Counted from the stretch's first letter, positions 8,420-18,393 are shown. The stretch: DNA of 64,000 nt from Deinococcales bacterium (GCA_013298595.1 JAAFIG010000022.1:7192-71191); one strand, 5' to 3'. Made by a program: numbers and translations. Notes: generated by a model from the sequence alone, not told the origin.

Positions 8420-8743
8420 TTGCGGTTGCAATAAATCATCCTCAAGTGCCGCCAGCACTTGTTGCTTGAGGGTCTCGAGCATAAAACCATCTAAGCTCGA
8501 GAAATCGTTGCCTTCGAGTTTACCCAGAGCTTTTTGGTAATTGCGTTGACCACCGTTTAGGTTGTTGTAATGACGACGTTTATGAATAGCTGCCGCCAGT
8601 AAAATCAGCCCTTGGATATATCTGGCACTGGCTGTGTCCCCTTGGGCTTTAGCTGCATTCCACGGAATTTCCCAGACTTCATGGGCTTCCCAATATTCGC
8701 CTGCATTAAAAAGTTTAGCTCCCTCGAGTAATTCTGGACGCAT
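8408..8743 (-). CDS. DUF309 domain protein
   Basis: The motif LFNAGEYWEAHEVWEIPW...GLILLAAAIHKRR is the DUF309 hallmark. Its start overlaps the upstream stop (TAATG). Confidence 0.75.
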   Translation of the reverse strand: MRPELLEGAKLFNAGEYWEAHEVWEIPWNAAKAQGDTASARYIQGLILLAAAIHKRRHYNNLNGGQRNYQKALGKLEGNDFSSLDGFMLETLKQQVLAALEDDLLQPQLPV

Positions 8744-9198
8744 TAGGCTTTCTTTTTAGCTACTAAAAAAAAGACTTTATCGGTACGGCGTACCACCAGT
8801 AACATCAAAAATTTATTGGTATCAAAATTTTGGTATTCCGAACGTGTCCGAATTTCACCTGTTGGTGCTGGTAGATTGATTCTGCCATTCTCGAAGTAAC
8901 CCGCAGCAGCAAAACCATTGGCAAGGTTAGCAATATACGCATCGGCAAGTTTTGTCGCAATACCTTGTGCCAAATAAAGCGTAAACCCTTCGTATTTATT
9001 TTTGTCGGCACCAAGAATATCAGCAAATTGATTGGTTAATTGCGGATTAATCACTTGAAAAGAACCTGTTGGTAAGCGCACCGAACTATCTAAACTGGCA
9101 CTGATACTGGCAACTGTTAATAATTCAGCGGCTGTTTGGGCTACCACTGCTGCACTCGAGAACACCAATATGGCTGCAATCATTCGTAAGATTTTCAT
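8743..9198 (-). CDS. Secreted hypothetical protein
   Basis: It has a signal peptide (MKILRMIAAILVFSSAAVVAQ). I recognised no family. Confidence 0.5.
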   Translation of the reverse strand: MKILRMIAAILVFSSAAVVAQTAAELLTVASISASLDSSVRLPTGSFQVINPQLTNQFADILGADKNKYEGFTLYLAQGIATKLADAYIANLANGFAAAGYFENGRINLPAPTGEIRTRSEYQNFDTNKFLMLLVVRRTDKVFFLVAKKKA

Positions 9199-9226
9199 GC
9201 CTCGAGTGTACGCCTCAAAACGGGTT

Positions 9227-9787
9227 TTAGCTGGTTATTTCTGACACTAATTTTTCAGGAGTCGCGTAACCTTGCACCCTCGAGTCGGCTGCAACTTCTA
9301 GGGCTGGCACAATCATTTGTGAATGCACCAAAGTCAGTGTTGGCACATCCACAGGTGCACCTTTGGCGGAAAAACCAAAACCTTTAGAAAGCCTTGCCCC
9401 AGATACATCCAGTACAACACTGGCAATCACTGCCACTTCGACAGCCTCGAGTGACGTATTGATACCAAAAACCTGAAAATTTTCGATACGGGCAGCGGCT
9501 TTATCCACACCCTCGAGTTTCCAGTACGTATTTTTTTTAGTGCGATGCGGCACAATGAGTACATACCCAGCCTCGAGTAACATGCCCCGCAATGGCAGTA
9601 ACACAGCTTCCATACCCACTAAAATAGTGGTGTGCCCAAGCAATAAGGGATGCTTGATTAAGTGCTTAGCAGCAGCTCGAGCACCCTTAAAATTAGGATT
9701 ATGCCCATGTGGTGGCAATGGATAAGCCGCCGCATTTTGTCGGACAAGTTCAGACCAAATCTGTTCGCGTAATTCACCAGCGGTCAT
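9227..9787 (-). CDS. 5-formyltetrahydrofolate cyclo-ligase family protein (COG0212-like)
   Basis: The N-terminus (ELREQIWSELVRQNAAAYPLPPHGHNPNFKGARAAAKHL) resembles the archaeal/Thermus-type MTHFS-like family. This rests on my recollection only. Confidence 0.5.
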   Translation of the reverse strand: MTAGELREQIWSELVRQNAAAYPLPPHGHNPNFKGARAAAKHLIKHPLLLGHTTILVGMEAVLLPLRGMLLEAGYVLIVPHRTKKNTYWKLEGVDKAAARIENFQVFGINTSLEAVEVAVIASVVLDVSGARLSKGFGFSAKGAPVDVPTLTLVHSQMIVPALEVAADSRVQGYATPEKLVSEITS

Positions 9788-9831
9788 GGGTATAGCCTAG
9801 CATTTGTATCTTTGCAACAAAGCCGTATACT

Positions 9832-10785
9832 TTGCCTGTGACACTGGCTTTGGTTGGCAATGCTTTTTTGATTCACGAGGTAGCCAGAAGCTATCTGGTG
9901 CAACAACAATTAAATCCTCGAGATGTGCCTTGGCTGGATGATGAAGTTTCGGTTCAAAGTATCGAACCGCATTTACAAGGTGGTTTGTTTGGCGCGGCAT
10001 CTTTAGTAGTAGACATTTCTAGCACCAAGGAAGCCAAAGCCATTGCCGAGGCATTGGGGTCTGCACCTGAAGCCATTGCTGTTTTACTGGATGCAGAAAA
10101 TTGGAACAGTACCGAAGCGAGTAGCGAAGTGATGCGAAAGAAAAAAGCCCAAGAATCTCGAGTGAAACAATACGAGAAACTAGGGTTTACAGTGCAAAAC
10201 CATGCCACACCAACCAAAGGGGCTTTGATTGCTTGGGTGGCTGAACGTGCTAAGCGCTTAAAACTAGCCGTAGAACGCGATGTACCCAAATTATTAGCCG
10301 ATACTTTTCCAGATGATCTTGCCAGTATTGCCAGCGAACTCGAGAAACTGTCTTTACTTGATACCAAACTTGATGCTGCAACAGTGGCAAAAGTGGTTAA
10401 TGCAGTTCAACCCACCACCATGTTTGCAGTGACAGATGCACTGGTCGCCAAAAAGCCACGTGAAGCTTGGGATCACCTCGAGCGATTACTCAACAGCAAC
10501 GAAGACCCTTTTAAGTTACTTGGTGCATTGCAAGGGCATTATCAATTGCTGGCTCGAGCCTTTGCTCTTTCGCAACGCGATGGAATAGTGAACAGCAAAG
10601 AAGCCGCTAAGATATTATCAGTACACGAATTTCGTGCTCAAAAAGCCCTCGAAGCCACCAGACGATACAAAGAAAGCACCATTCGCCGCGAAATGCGTTT
10701 GTTACTCGAGGCAGATGCTGGTATGAAAAGCGGACTTGAAGCCAATTTAACCTTGGAGCGTTTGATTCTCGAGTTATGTATTTAA
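9832..10785 (+). CDS. holA: DNA polymerase III delta subunit
   Basis: The sequence LFGAASLVVD...MFAVTDALVAKKPREAWDHLERLLNSNEDPFKLLGALQGHYQLLARAF is typical of the HolA C-terminal domain. The start is TTG (9832) or GTG (9838). Confidence 0.75.
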   Translation: MPVTLALVGNAFLIHEVARSYLVQQQLNPRDVPWLDDEVSVQSIEPHLQGGLFGAASLVVDISSTKEAKAIAEALGSAPEAIAVLLDAENWNSTEASSEVMRKKKAQESRVKQYEKLGFTVQNHATPTKGALIAWVAERAKRLKLAVERDVPKLLADTFPDDLASIASELEKLSLLDTKLDAATVAKVVNAVQPTTMFAVTDALVAKKPREAWDHLERLLNSNEDPFKLLGALQGHYQLLARAFALSQRDGIVNSKEAAKILSVHEFRAQKALEATRRYKESTIRREMRLLLEADAGMKSGLEANLTLERLILELCI

Positions 10786-11816
10786 ACTGTTTTTTCTTGA
10801 ATAGGCATTGGACCTTCGCGCATACCTCGTAACCATAATTCGGTATTTTGCGTAGAGTTTTCCCAGATCAGTAAAACCGCCATTGTGCCATAAATAGGTA
10901 GGTGCCCAATCAACTCTGTCCAATCAAAAATGGTCAATGTTAAATTGAGTGGAAACCAAGCAATAACGATAATTTCTCGAGTAAAAACATTGGCAACCAA
11001 AGCTAAACCAACCAGTAATTCGACACTACCTGCCAGACGAATAAAAATTTCATCTGGAATGGGGAAACCAAGACCAGCCGTAAAATTTAATGGTTGCTGC
11101 CCAAGGAAAGCTGTGGCAAGGCTTGGATTCCCAAGTTTTTCGCTAAAAGCCGCTGCCATTAAACCCAATCCAACCCCAATCCGTAAAGCACTGACGGCAT
11201 AGCGCATCAGGGTAACGCTTGGCTCGAGTTTAGGAAAAATCAGGCGGTCTATGGCAATTGGTCCACGTCCTGCTAGGTAGAAAAACCCAGCAAAGCCAAG
11301 CACATGGGCATTATCGAGCGCAGCTTCAAGACCAATAAAAGCAATGCTGACAACCCAAAGCCAAGCCAGTACAACTGCGGCGGCTCGAGCAAATCCACCA
11401 TAAAAAAGTGCAAGTGCAATACCGGCTTGTAATAATCCAATCAGGTATGCCCATACTCCTGGTAGTTTAAGTTCGGGGGCGAACATATTGCCTTGTACAC
11501 TGGCAACAAAAAGCGGCACAGCAAAATGCACAGCTAAGATAATTGGCACCACACCATACAATGCCATACGGCGTTGTGGTTGTGCACCAAACCATTCCAG
11601 TGTTGGTAAAAAACCACGCTTGTTGCGTTGTTTTTGCCAGAAGCCAAGCACTAAAACCAGCAATACCACGGCACCCGCAAAACCCAGTGTGAGTGGTGAA
11701 AATACAGCCTTCCAATCGAAAGGCGGGCGTTCACCTGTGTAAAACCATTTGACATGAGCCTCGGCGGGACTCGAGAGGAGGAGTAATGCGGGTAAGCAGT
11801 AAAGCAACCTAAGCAT
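10782..11816 (-). CDS. Polytopic integral membrane protein, unknown function
   Basis: It has a signal-like N-terminus (MLRLLYCLPALLLLSSPAEA) and about 9 hydrophobic spans. I took the start at the second ATG. Confidence 0.55.
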   Translation of the reverse strand: MLRLLYCLPALLLLSSPAEAHVKWFYTGERPPFDWKAVFSPLTLGFAGAVVLLVLVLGFWQKQRNKRGFLPTLEWFGAQPQRRMALYGVVPIILAVHFAVPLFVASVQGNMFAPELKLPGVWAYLIGLLQAGIALALFYGGFARAAAVVLAWLWVVSIAFIGLEAALDNAHVLGFAGFFYLAGRGPIAIDRLIFPKLEPSVTLMRYAVSALRIGVGLGLMAAAFSEKLGNPSLATAFLGQQPLNFTAGLGFPIPDEIFIRLAGSVELLVGLALVANVFTREIIVIAWFPLNLTLTIFDWTELIGHLPIYGTMAVLLIWENSTQNTELWLRGMREGPMPIQEKTV

Positions 11817-11874
11817 GTGAAAATAATAGCAAGCGACTCGAGGCAAGATGTCCCAGAGCCAAAAAATCTCAACT

Positions 11875-12585
11875 TTACTTATGAATCTCGAGTTCTAATT
11901 TGATATTGCCGCGTCTGGTTTCGCCTTCAATCCGCTTAAACTCAATCCGACCCAAACCCTCAGCCGACAAAGTATCACCAGCCCGCACACCCGTACTCGA
12001 GGTAGCAATATTGCCATTAACCCGCACTTTTTTACCTTCAATACCCGCTTGGAAGTACGCCCGCGAAACACCAAAACCTTTAGCCCCCACCACATCCAAA
12101 CGCAAACTTGGCACAACCACACTACGGGTTTTTATACCACGCTCGAGCAACTTGCCTTCGGCTGCCACAAAACGCACAGGCAACGTTCGACCTTGCAAAA
12201 CCAATTCGGTCATCGCCTCGAGTTGCTTAGCCATTTTTTGCGTCGTCGCCAGCAAAAAATCGTTACGATCAGCTCGGATATCACCCAACACTTCTGCAGG
12301 TAATGCCAATGCCACCCGCACATCCTCGGCATCCACATCCAAAGAAACATCCGCCTCGAGCCGCAAAACCCGCACAGGATCATCCACATTGGGAATATGC
12401 TCTGGATACAAGGTATAAATCACACGATTTGCATCCGAAAAACCACCATGCGCCGCAAAACGCACACCATCGGCTGCTAACGCCCGACGATCCAAATCTG
12501 TACCTTCAAGAAAACCTGTGCGAATCACTCGACCACCACGTGCTTGTTGCACCAAGGCACGGGTATCAATCGGGGTGGCACTCAT
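11875..12585 (-). CDS. YlmH-like RNA-binding protein with a C-terminal S4 domain
   Basis: The C-terminus reads RLDVVGAKGFGVSRAYFQAGIEGKKVRVNGNIATSSTGVRAGDTLSAEGLGRIEF, which is an S4 fold. Confidence 0.7.
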   Translation of the reverse strand: MSATPIDTRALVQQARGGRVIRTGFLEGTDLDRRALAADGVRFAAHGGFSDANRVIYTLYPEHIPNVDDPVRVLRLEADVSLDVDAEDVRVALALPAEVLGDIRADRNDFLLATTQKMAKQLEAMTELVLQGRTLPVRFVAAEGKLLERGIKTRSVVVPSLRLDVVGAKGFGVSRAYFQAGIEGKKVRVNGNIATSSTGVRAGDTLSAEGLGRIEFKRIEGETRRGNIKLELEIHK

Positions 12586-12622
12586 ACACGGAGTTTAACT
12601 CGAGATGAGCAGGACAAGCAAG

Positions 12623-12660
12623 AATAAAAAAGTATCAAGCTAAAACCACTCACTTGATAC
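12623..12660 (-). terminator. Rho-independent terminator after the PEBP gene
   Basis: On the minus strand the stem is GTATCAAG..CTTGATAC, followed by TTTTTTATTC. Confidence 0.6.
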
Positions 12661-12675
12661 GCAAAAGATTGTTGA

Positions 12676-13233
12676 TTAACGACCAAAAAACGCAGTGAAA
12701 CTGGTTTTTGCAATTGCATTACCATTGATATTAAAACCCACAAAAGCTTGCGAAGCATTGCTTGGCAACTCGAGTTTTTCCGTACCCAAAGCGTACAATG
12801 TAAATGTATACCGATGTGGTTTTTCGCCGCTTGGTGGACAAGGTCCACCATAACTGGCAGAGCCAAAACTGGTTGTAGCTTGAACCGCACCAGCAGGTAA
12901 GGTTTTACTGTTCTCCAGTCCCGCATTTTTCTCGAGTTGCGTGGTGCTGGCTGGAATGTTGTAAACAATCCAGTGGGTAAAGCCACCAACGCCGGTTTGA
13001 GCATCCGAGTCATGCAGTATCAGTGCAAAGCTTTTTGTACCAGCAGGTGTGCCGCGCCAAGTTAAAGCAGGTGAAATATTTTTGCCAGTGCAACCAAAAC
13101 TGTTAAAAACGTGCTCGAGTTTGATGGTTGAACCAGCCGCAATATCAGGACTTTGCAATGTAAATACAGTACTTTGAGCAAAAGCGGCAACCGTTAAAGC
13201 AAGCATGACCATCAGAGCAACAATTTTTTTCAT
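12676..13233 (-). CDS. YbhB/YbcL (PEBP/Raf-kinase-inhibitor-like) family protein, secreted
   Basis: Motifs are GGFTHWIVYNIP and GPCPPSGEKPHRYTFTLYAL. It has a signal peptide (MKKIVALMVMLALTVAAFA), and the ATG is preceded by GGAGG. Confidence 0.85.
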   Translation of the reverse strand: MKKIVALMVMLALTVAAFAQSTVFTLQSPDIAAGSTIKLEHVFNSFGCTGKNISPALTWRGTPAGTKSFALILHDSDAQTGVGGFTHWIVYNIPASTTQLEKNAGLENSKTLPAGAVQATTSFGSASYGGPCPPSGEKPHRYTFTLYALGTEKLELPSNASQAFVGFNINGNAIAKTSFTAFFGR

Positions 13234-13269
13234 AAAACCTCCAAAGAATTCTTCTAACAACCCCAAGTA

Positions 13270-13932
13270 TTAAGCCTCGAGCATGGCAACAACCGCCTCA
13301 GCGACACCTCGAGCCGAAGCTGGGTTTTGTCCAGTAATTAAGCGCTCAGAAATTTGCACATTGGCTTGGAAATTATCTGTAGCCACATGTTTAGCACCAC
13401 GCTCCAACAAGGCTGACTCGAGTAAAAATGGCACAGTATTGGTTAAACCCACCGAGGCTTCTTCGGCATTGGTAAAAGCTGCCACTTGCTTGTTTGCCAC
13501 CAAGTACTCGCCATTCTCGAGCCGAATGTTGATCAGCGCGGCTGGTCCATGACAGACAGCAGCCACCACACCACCAGCATCGTAAATCTTGGCTGCTACA
13601 CTCGAAAGGGCTGTGTTATTAGGAAAATCCCACATGGTGCCGTGTCCACCAACATAAAAAATGGCAGCGTAATCCTTAGGATTAATCTGCTCGGCAGGTA
13701 GACTATTTTCGAGTTTAATTTTGTTTTGCTCGAGAAATGCGACATGCTCTGGGTTATCGGCTTTGAAACCATCCACGGGTGGTACGCCACCTTTAGGGCT
13801 GGCAAAATCAATTTTGTACCCTTGAGCAGCAAATACTTGAAATGGATGTATCGCTTCGGGCAGGTAATACCCTGTTTTTCGTAAGCCACCAAGGTCATCA
13901 TGACTGGTCAGCACCATCAAAATCTTTTTCAT
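13270..13932 (-). CDS. DJ-1/PfpI (class I glutamine amidotransferase-like, Hsp31-type) protein
   Basis: It has the nucleophile elbow AAVCHGPAAL and the block FYVGGHG. The ATG is preceded by AAGGAG. Confidence 0.85.
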   Translation of the reverse strand: MKKILMVLTSHDDLGGLRKTGYYLPEAIHPFQVFAAQGYKIDFASPKGGVPPVDGFKADNPEHVAFLEQNKIKLENSLPAEQINPKDYAAIFYVGGHGTMWDFPNNTALSSVAAKIYDAGGVVAAVCHGPAALINIRLENGEYLVANKQVAAFTNAEEASVGLTNTVPFLLESALLERGAKHVATDNFQANVQISERLITGQNPASARGVAEAVVAMLEA

Positions 13933-14027
13933 AGAACTCCTTGCACTCATCTCGAGGCACAATCAGATTAGGTGGTTTTTTGCCATAAAACAAATAGTTT
14001 AATTGCATATCAGCTATAATTTTTATT

Positions 14028-14915
14028 ATGGATAATCTCAATCAACTTCGTACATTTCTAGCTGTGTACCAAAACAATTCGATTTCCAAAGCTGCCGAAC
14101 AATTACACATCACGCAACCTGCGGCTACTAAGCAATTACAACAACTCGAGGCGCGTTTAGCTCGGCAATTATTTGCCAGAGTCGCTCGAGGCGTGCTGCC
14201 AACCCCAGCCGCCCATGAATTAGCCAGACAAGTTGGTGTGCATCTCGAGGCACTAGATAACGTGACCAATGCCATGAAATTAGGCACGAAAAACCTCACT
14301 GGAACTGTTTTTCTTGGTGGACCCGCCGAGTTCATTGGTGAGAAAATCCTGCCGAGTCTCAAAGCCTTACCCGAGCAACAAATTCAAATTCGGGTACAAC
14401 TCGAGCAACCCGAAAATCTGAAAAGCGCGTTACTGGCTGGTACCTTAGACTTAGCCGTTTTTACCGTGCGGCGCAGTGATAGTAAACTTGAGAGTGCAGC
14501 CCTGTACCAAGAAGAACTTGTTTTGGTCGGCAGCCGATTCTGGGCAGAACGCTTACCCAAACAACAGATCAATGCTGCCATGCTCGAGCAAGTGCCATTG
14601 CTGGCATACGCCGAGGATTTACCAATGCTACGGCGTTACTGGCGCAAAGTTTTTAATACTACACCGAAAGTCAGTGCCGCCCTTGTGATACCTGATTTAC
14701 ACGCCCTCGAGCATGCCGTAGTTGCAGGGTATGGAATAACCGTTTTACCACGTTACTTGGTTGAAAAAAACCTTTCTACCAGTGCATTAGTCGAGTTAGT
14801 GATACCAAATCAAGCCCCGACTAATCAATTGTATTTAGGTTGGCGTTCCAACAAATTGCAAGCTCGAGTAATTTTTGTCAGAGATACCCTGCTTCGAGCC
14901 TCGAGTATCTGGTGA
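14028..14915 (+). CDS. LysR-family transcriptional regulator
   Basis: The N-terminal HTH reads LRTFLAVYQNNSISKAAEQLHITQPAATKQLQQLEARL, followed by a LysR substrate-binding domain. The gene is divergent from the DJ-1 gene. Confidence 0.9.
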   Translation: MDNLNQLRTFLAVYQNNSISKAAEQLHITQPAATKQLQQLEARLARQLFARVARGVLPTPAAHELARQVGVHLEALDNVTNAMKLGTKNLTGTVFLGGPAEFIGEKILPSLKALPEQQIQIRVQLEQPENLKSALLAGTLDLAVFTVRRSDSKLESAALYQEELVLVGSRFWAERLPKQQINAAMLEQVPLLAYAEDLPMLRRYWRKVFNTTPKVSAALVIPDLHALEHAVVAGYGITVLPRYLVEKNLSTSALVELVIPNQAPTNQLYLGWRSNKLQARVIFVRDTLLRASSIW

Positions 14916-14916
14916 T

Positions 14917-15849
14917 TTAATACCCTCGAGTTCGATCTACCACATGCTCGAGTGGTTGCCCTGAGCGTAAACGCAAAACATTTGTTGCCACCACTTTGGC
15001 TGCTGTGATTGGATTGGTGGCGGCTGCCACATGCGGCAAGACTGTGATTTGAGGATGATGCCAGAACAGATGATCTGTTGGTAATGGTTCGGTGGTAAAG
15101 ACATCGAGAATCGCATGTTGCAAATGCCCAGAATCAAGAGCTGCAAGCAAATCCGCTTCGATGATATGTGCTCCTCGAGCCAGATTGATGATACTCGAGC
15201 CAACAGGTAAGTAACTCAGTGTTTGTGCATTGAGAATCCCTCGAGTTTCGTCGGTAAGTGGTAATAAATTGACCAGAATTTCGCTTTGCTCGAGCATGGT
15301 TTGTAAGCCATCCTGACCAGAAAAAGTCTGTATACCCTCGAGATTTGTTGGGCGTGAACTCCACCCGAGTACAACAAAACCCAATTGCTTGAGTTGCACA
15401 GCAGCAACCCGTCCGAGATGCCCTAAACCCAGCACAGCAACTTTTCGTTCAGCAGCGCTGGGTTGCGGTAATTGCTGCCAAACCTTGGCTTGTTGCTGCG
15501 CCTGATAAGCTGGAATTTGCCGATGCAAACTTAGCACATGGGTTAAAACCGTCTCGAGCATGGCTTGGGTGAGAGCAGGGTCTACCAATCGTGCTAAAGG
15601 AATGTCTCGAGGGAGCGTCGCATCGCGCAGTAACGCATCCACTCCTGCCCATAAGGACTGAATCAATTTTAGATTTGGCAGTGTTGCCAGCACACCCGCA
15701 GGCGGGTTTGCCACCAATGCCACATCAATATCAGCTAAATTTGGCAAATCAGGATACACACAAAACTGCTCGGCGGGTAAAGCTTGCTCGAGTAATGGCA
15801 ACCACATTTGTACTTCGTTACTGGTAAAATTCGTTAAGAGCAAAATCAC
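14917..15849 (-). CDS. D-2-hydroxyacid dehydrogenase (GhrA-like glyoxylate/hydroxypyruvate reductase)
   Basis: The NAD motif is VAVLGLGHLGRVAA, and the catalytic region is NLARGAHI...DVF..EPLP..H. I moved the start to GTG 15849 (GAGG upstream) because the track ORF would overlap recR. Confidence 0.8.
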   Translation of the reverse strand: MILLLTNFTSNEVQMWLPLLEQALPAEQFCVYPDLPNLADIDVALVANPPAGVLATLPNLKLIQSLWAGVDALLRDATLPRDIPLARLVDPALTQAMLETVLTHVLSLHRQIPAYQAQQQAKVWQQLPQPSAAERKVAVLGLGHLGRVAAVQLKQLGFVVLGWSSRPTNLEGIQTFSGQDGLQTMLEQSEILVNLLPLTDETRGILNAQTLSYLPVGSSIINLARGAHIIEADLLAALDSGHLQHAILDVFTTEPLPTDHLFWHHPQITVLPHVAAATNPITAAKVVATNVLRLRSGQPLEHVVDRTRGY

Positions 15850-15862
15850 GTAAACCTCGAGA

Positions 15863-16471
15863 TTAACGAACTTTTTGTCGTCCAGCAATGGCTCGCCCAA
15901 GTGTGATCTCATCGGCATACTCGAGCGAACCGCCCACAGGTAAACCATAGGCAATACGCGTCACATTCGCCCCTAACGGCTCGAGATTGCGCTGCACATG
16001 CAAACTGGTGGCATCACCTTCGACAGTGGTACTGGTGGCTAAAATAATCTCGAGCGCACCTGCTTCAAGTAATTTCTTGGTGCGTTCGACCAAGGATTTA
16101 ATTTTTAATTGATCAGGTCCAACCCCATTCATTGGGCTGAGCACACCATGTAACACATGGTACAAACCATCGAATTCGCCACTGCGCTCAATCGCAATCA
16201 CATCGCCAGGTTCTTCAACCACACAAATCGTGGTTTGGTCACGCTTGCTATCCTCGCAAACCGCACACAAATCCTTATCGGTAATGTTAAAACACACAGG
16301 ACACAATTTTAACTGCGCCTTCGCCTCGAGTAGCGCTTGTGCCAGCACTTCGACATCTTCCTTCGGGCTGGCAAACAAATGAAAAGCCAATCGCTGAGCA
16401 CTTTTCGGACCAACACCGGGTAATCTCGAGAGTTCACGAATCAATTGAATAAGAGCGTTCGGATATTTCAT
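15863..16471 (-). CDS. recR: Recombination protein RecR
   Basis: It has LIRELSRLPGVGPKSAQRLAFHL, the zinc finger CPVCFNITDKDLCAVC, and a Toprim domain (ICVVEEPGDVIAIE). Confidence 0.95.
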   Translation of the reverse strand: MKYPNALIQLIRELSRLPGVGPKSAQRLAFHLFASPKEDVEVLAQALLEAKAQLKLCPVCFNITDKDLCAVCEDSKRDQTTICVVEEPGDVIAIERSGEFDGLYHVLHGVLSPMNGVGPDQLKIKSLVERTKKLLEAGALEIILATSTTVEGDATSLHVQRNLEPLGANVTRIAYGLPVGGSLEYADEITLGRAIAGRQKVR

Positions 16472-16525
16472 GCGGTCTCCTTCGTTGGGTGCATACCGCT
16501 ATTATATCGTAGACTCGAGCTGAAA

Positions 16526-16798
16526 ATGCGGCGAATCACTTCCCAAGAAATCCCAGCCAATGCCATACTTGTGGACATCCGCGATGACCTCGAACGCAGC
16601 GCAGTGCCAATAAACTCGAGCTTTCAATCAATCGCCATTGCCTTAATCGAACTCGAGGATGGCAACCCAGTCCTGCCCGATAACACATTGGTCGTGGTGT
16701 GCAGCACAGGACGGCAATCCGAGTACGCTGGAGCCTTACTTGTCGCATTAGGCGCAAATGAAGTGCTGATACTCGAGGGTGGTATCAGGGGCTTATAA
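16526..16798 (+). CDS. Single-domain rhodanese-like sulfurtransferase
   Basis: The sequence ILVDIRDDLE...VVVCSTGRQSEYAGALL contains the active-site Cys loop. I took the start at the internal ATG. Confidence 0.7.
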   Translation: MRRITSQEIPANAILVDIRDDLERSAVPINSSFQSIAIALIELEDGNPVLPDNTLVVVCSTGRQSEYAGALLVALGANEVLILEGGIRGL

Positions 16799-17614
16799 GT
16801 TCTTGGTGGCATGGTATTGCTGTCCGGGCGTGAAACCATAGACCGCTTTGTACTGACGAATCAGGTGACTTTGGTCATAAAAACCTGTTTCGGTGGCAAC
16901 CTGAGCAGGGTGCTGACCACGAATAATTTTGGCTCGAGCCAATTGCACACGGCGCAGGGTTTGGTATTGATGCAAGGATAATCCTATGGCTTGCTTAAAA
17001 ATTCTGGTTAAGTAAAAATGAGTCAGTCCGACTTCTTGGGCTATTTCTTGTAAGGTAATGTTTTTGGCTAGGTTTGATTCAATTATTTCTTGGCTGCGTT
17101 TGACTGCTTGGTGTTCTAAGCGCTTGGTGATTTGAACTGGTTTGGTGTTGGTGTGTTGCACAAAAAAAGCAACCAGTGTTTCAAGTAAAAGACTTTGTTG
17201 GGTCAGCAATGAATTGGGTTGCTCAAAGGCTTTGTGCATTTGCAAAAATTGTTGTGCCAAAACCTTATTTTCGGCGGTAGCAGCATTAAAACGGGGTAAT
17301 TCACGAAATCCCGCGCTGGCTAAGATGCGTTGTACAAAATCACTGGTTGGATAAATGGCACGGTAGACCAATGGGATTGTTGAAGCAGAATATCCAGTGT
17401 GAATATCTTCTGGGTTGACCATCATTAAGTTGCCTGTTGGTGAAATCACTTTCTTGCCCAGATACGTCAGACCTTCAGTACCAGCCTCTACTAAACCTAG
17501 CATGTATTCTTCATGGCTGTGTGGTGCAAAAGCATGATTGGTAAATGAAGCCCGTAGAATATCAAAATCCCCTAGCTGTTGGATTCGCCAAACTTTGGTT
17601 TTATCGGCTTGCAT
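16793..17614 (-). CDS. AraC-family transcriptional regulator (cupin-like N-domain + HTH)
   Basis: The C-terminus reads ITLQEIAQEVGLTHFYLTRIFKQAIGLSLHQYQTLRRVQLARAKI...GFYDQSHLIRQYKAVYGFTPG. Confidence 0.9.
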   Translation of the reverse strand: MQADKTKVWRIQQLGDFDILRASFTNHAFAPHSHEEYMLGLVEAGTEGLTYLGKKVISPTGNLMMVNPEDIHTGYSASTIPLVYRAIYPTSDFVQRILASAGFRELPRFNAATAENKVLAQQFLQMHKAFEQPNSLLTQQSLLLETLVAFFVQHTNTKPVQITKRLEHQAVKRSQEIIESNLAKNITLQEIAQEVGLTHFYLTRIFKQAIGLSLHQYQTLRRVQLARAKIIRGQHPAQVATETGFYDQSHLIRQYKAVYGFTPGQQYHATKNL

Positions 17615-17678
17615 CGATGGTCAGTTTAGCGCAAGTTTATCCAATACCAAAGTATTCCAAGCTTGTTAGACTAAGGGC

Positions 17679-18371
17679 GTGTTCCGAATTCTTGTTGACC
17701 CCAGTATTTTGCAGCGTTTTCCACAGTATTCTTTAATTGTGATTTATGCTCGAGGTTTGCAGAACTTGGCAAGTCAACCGTGGAGTACAAGTATTTTGCG
17801 GCAAGCCGAGGAACAACAACGAGTCCTTGTCGAAAAACCTGCTGAGCATCCGCACATTGCAGCGTGGCGCTTAGCATATGCCGATTTTGGTTTGAAACCC
17901 AGTAAATTTCCTTGTTCAGTCGAAGCACTGCTGTCTCGAGTGGTTAAAGATCAGGAATTACCAATCATTAACACCTTAGTTGATTTGTATAACGCTGTCA
18001 GTATCAAACATGTGATTCCGATTGGTGGTGAGGATTGGGATCAACTCGAGCATGATTTGATGTTGCGTTTTTCTAATGGTACCGAAAGTTTTGATATCAT
18101 GAAAAACGGTGAACCGACGATTGAGCAGCCAAATCTTGGTGAAGTGATTTGGGCGCAGGCGAATAGTGTGACATGCCGAGCTTGGAATTGGCGACAAGGT
18201 ATCCGCACGCGCTTAACCGATACTTCGCAAAATGCGTATTTTATTTTGGATCGCTTAGCACCTTATCCACTCGAGCAAATGCAAATTGCCAGTCAGGAAT
18301 TGATCAGTTATTTGCAACGCGTATCGCCAGATTGTCAAATCGAAACCGAGTTTTTTGGAGCCACCACTTGA
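17679..18371 (+). CDS. B3/B4 tRNA-binding domain protein (PheT B3/4-like)
   Basis: The sequence HPHIAAWRLAYADFGLKPSKFPCSVEALLSRVVKDQELPIINTLVDLYNAVSIKHVIPIGGEDWD matches the B3_4 pattern. Confidence 0.7.
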   Translation: MFRILVDPSILQRFPQYSLIVIYARGLQNLASQPWSTSILRQAEEQQRVLVEKPAEHPHIAAWRLAYADFGLKPSKFPCSVEALLSRVVKDQELPIINTLVDLYNAVSIKHVIPIGGEDWDQLEHDLMLRFSNGTESFDIMKNGEPTIEQPNLGEVIWAQANSVTCRAWNWRQGIRTRLTDTSQNAYFILDRLAPYPLEQMQIASQELISYLQRVSPDCQIETEFFGATT

Positions 18372-18393
18372 ACACCAATACTCGAGGTGAGCC

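Noticed and set aside
11900-12608. Several plus-strand ORFs of 84-172 aa.
   Set aside because: They are antisense to the YlmH-like gene, are Pro/Arg/Ser/Thr-rich and have no motifs.
12582-13013. 143-aa minus-strand ORF.
   Set aside because: It overlaps the PEBP-family gene in another frame and has no motifs.
16939-17748. Treating each individual CTCGAG-free gap (the AraC gene and others) as a horizontally acquired island.
   Set aside because: With about 400 intervals of mean 160 bp, two or three gaps above 800 bp are expected by chance. I report only the aggregate density observation, at low interest.
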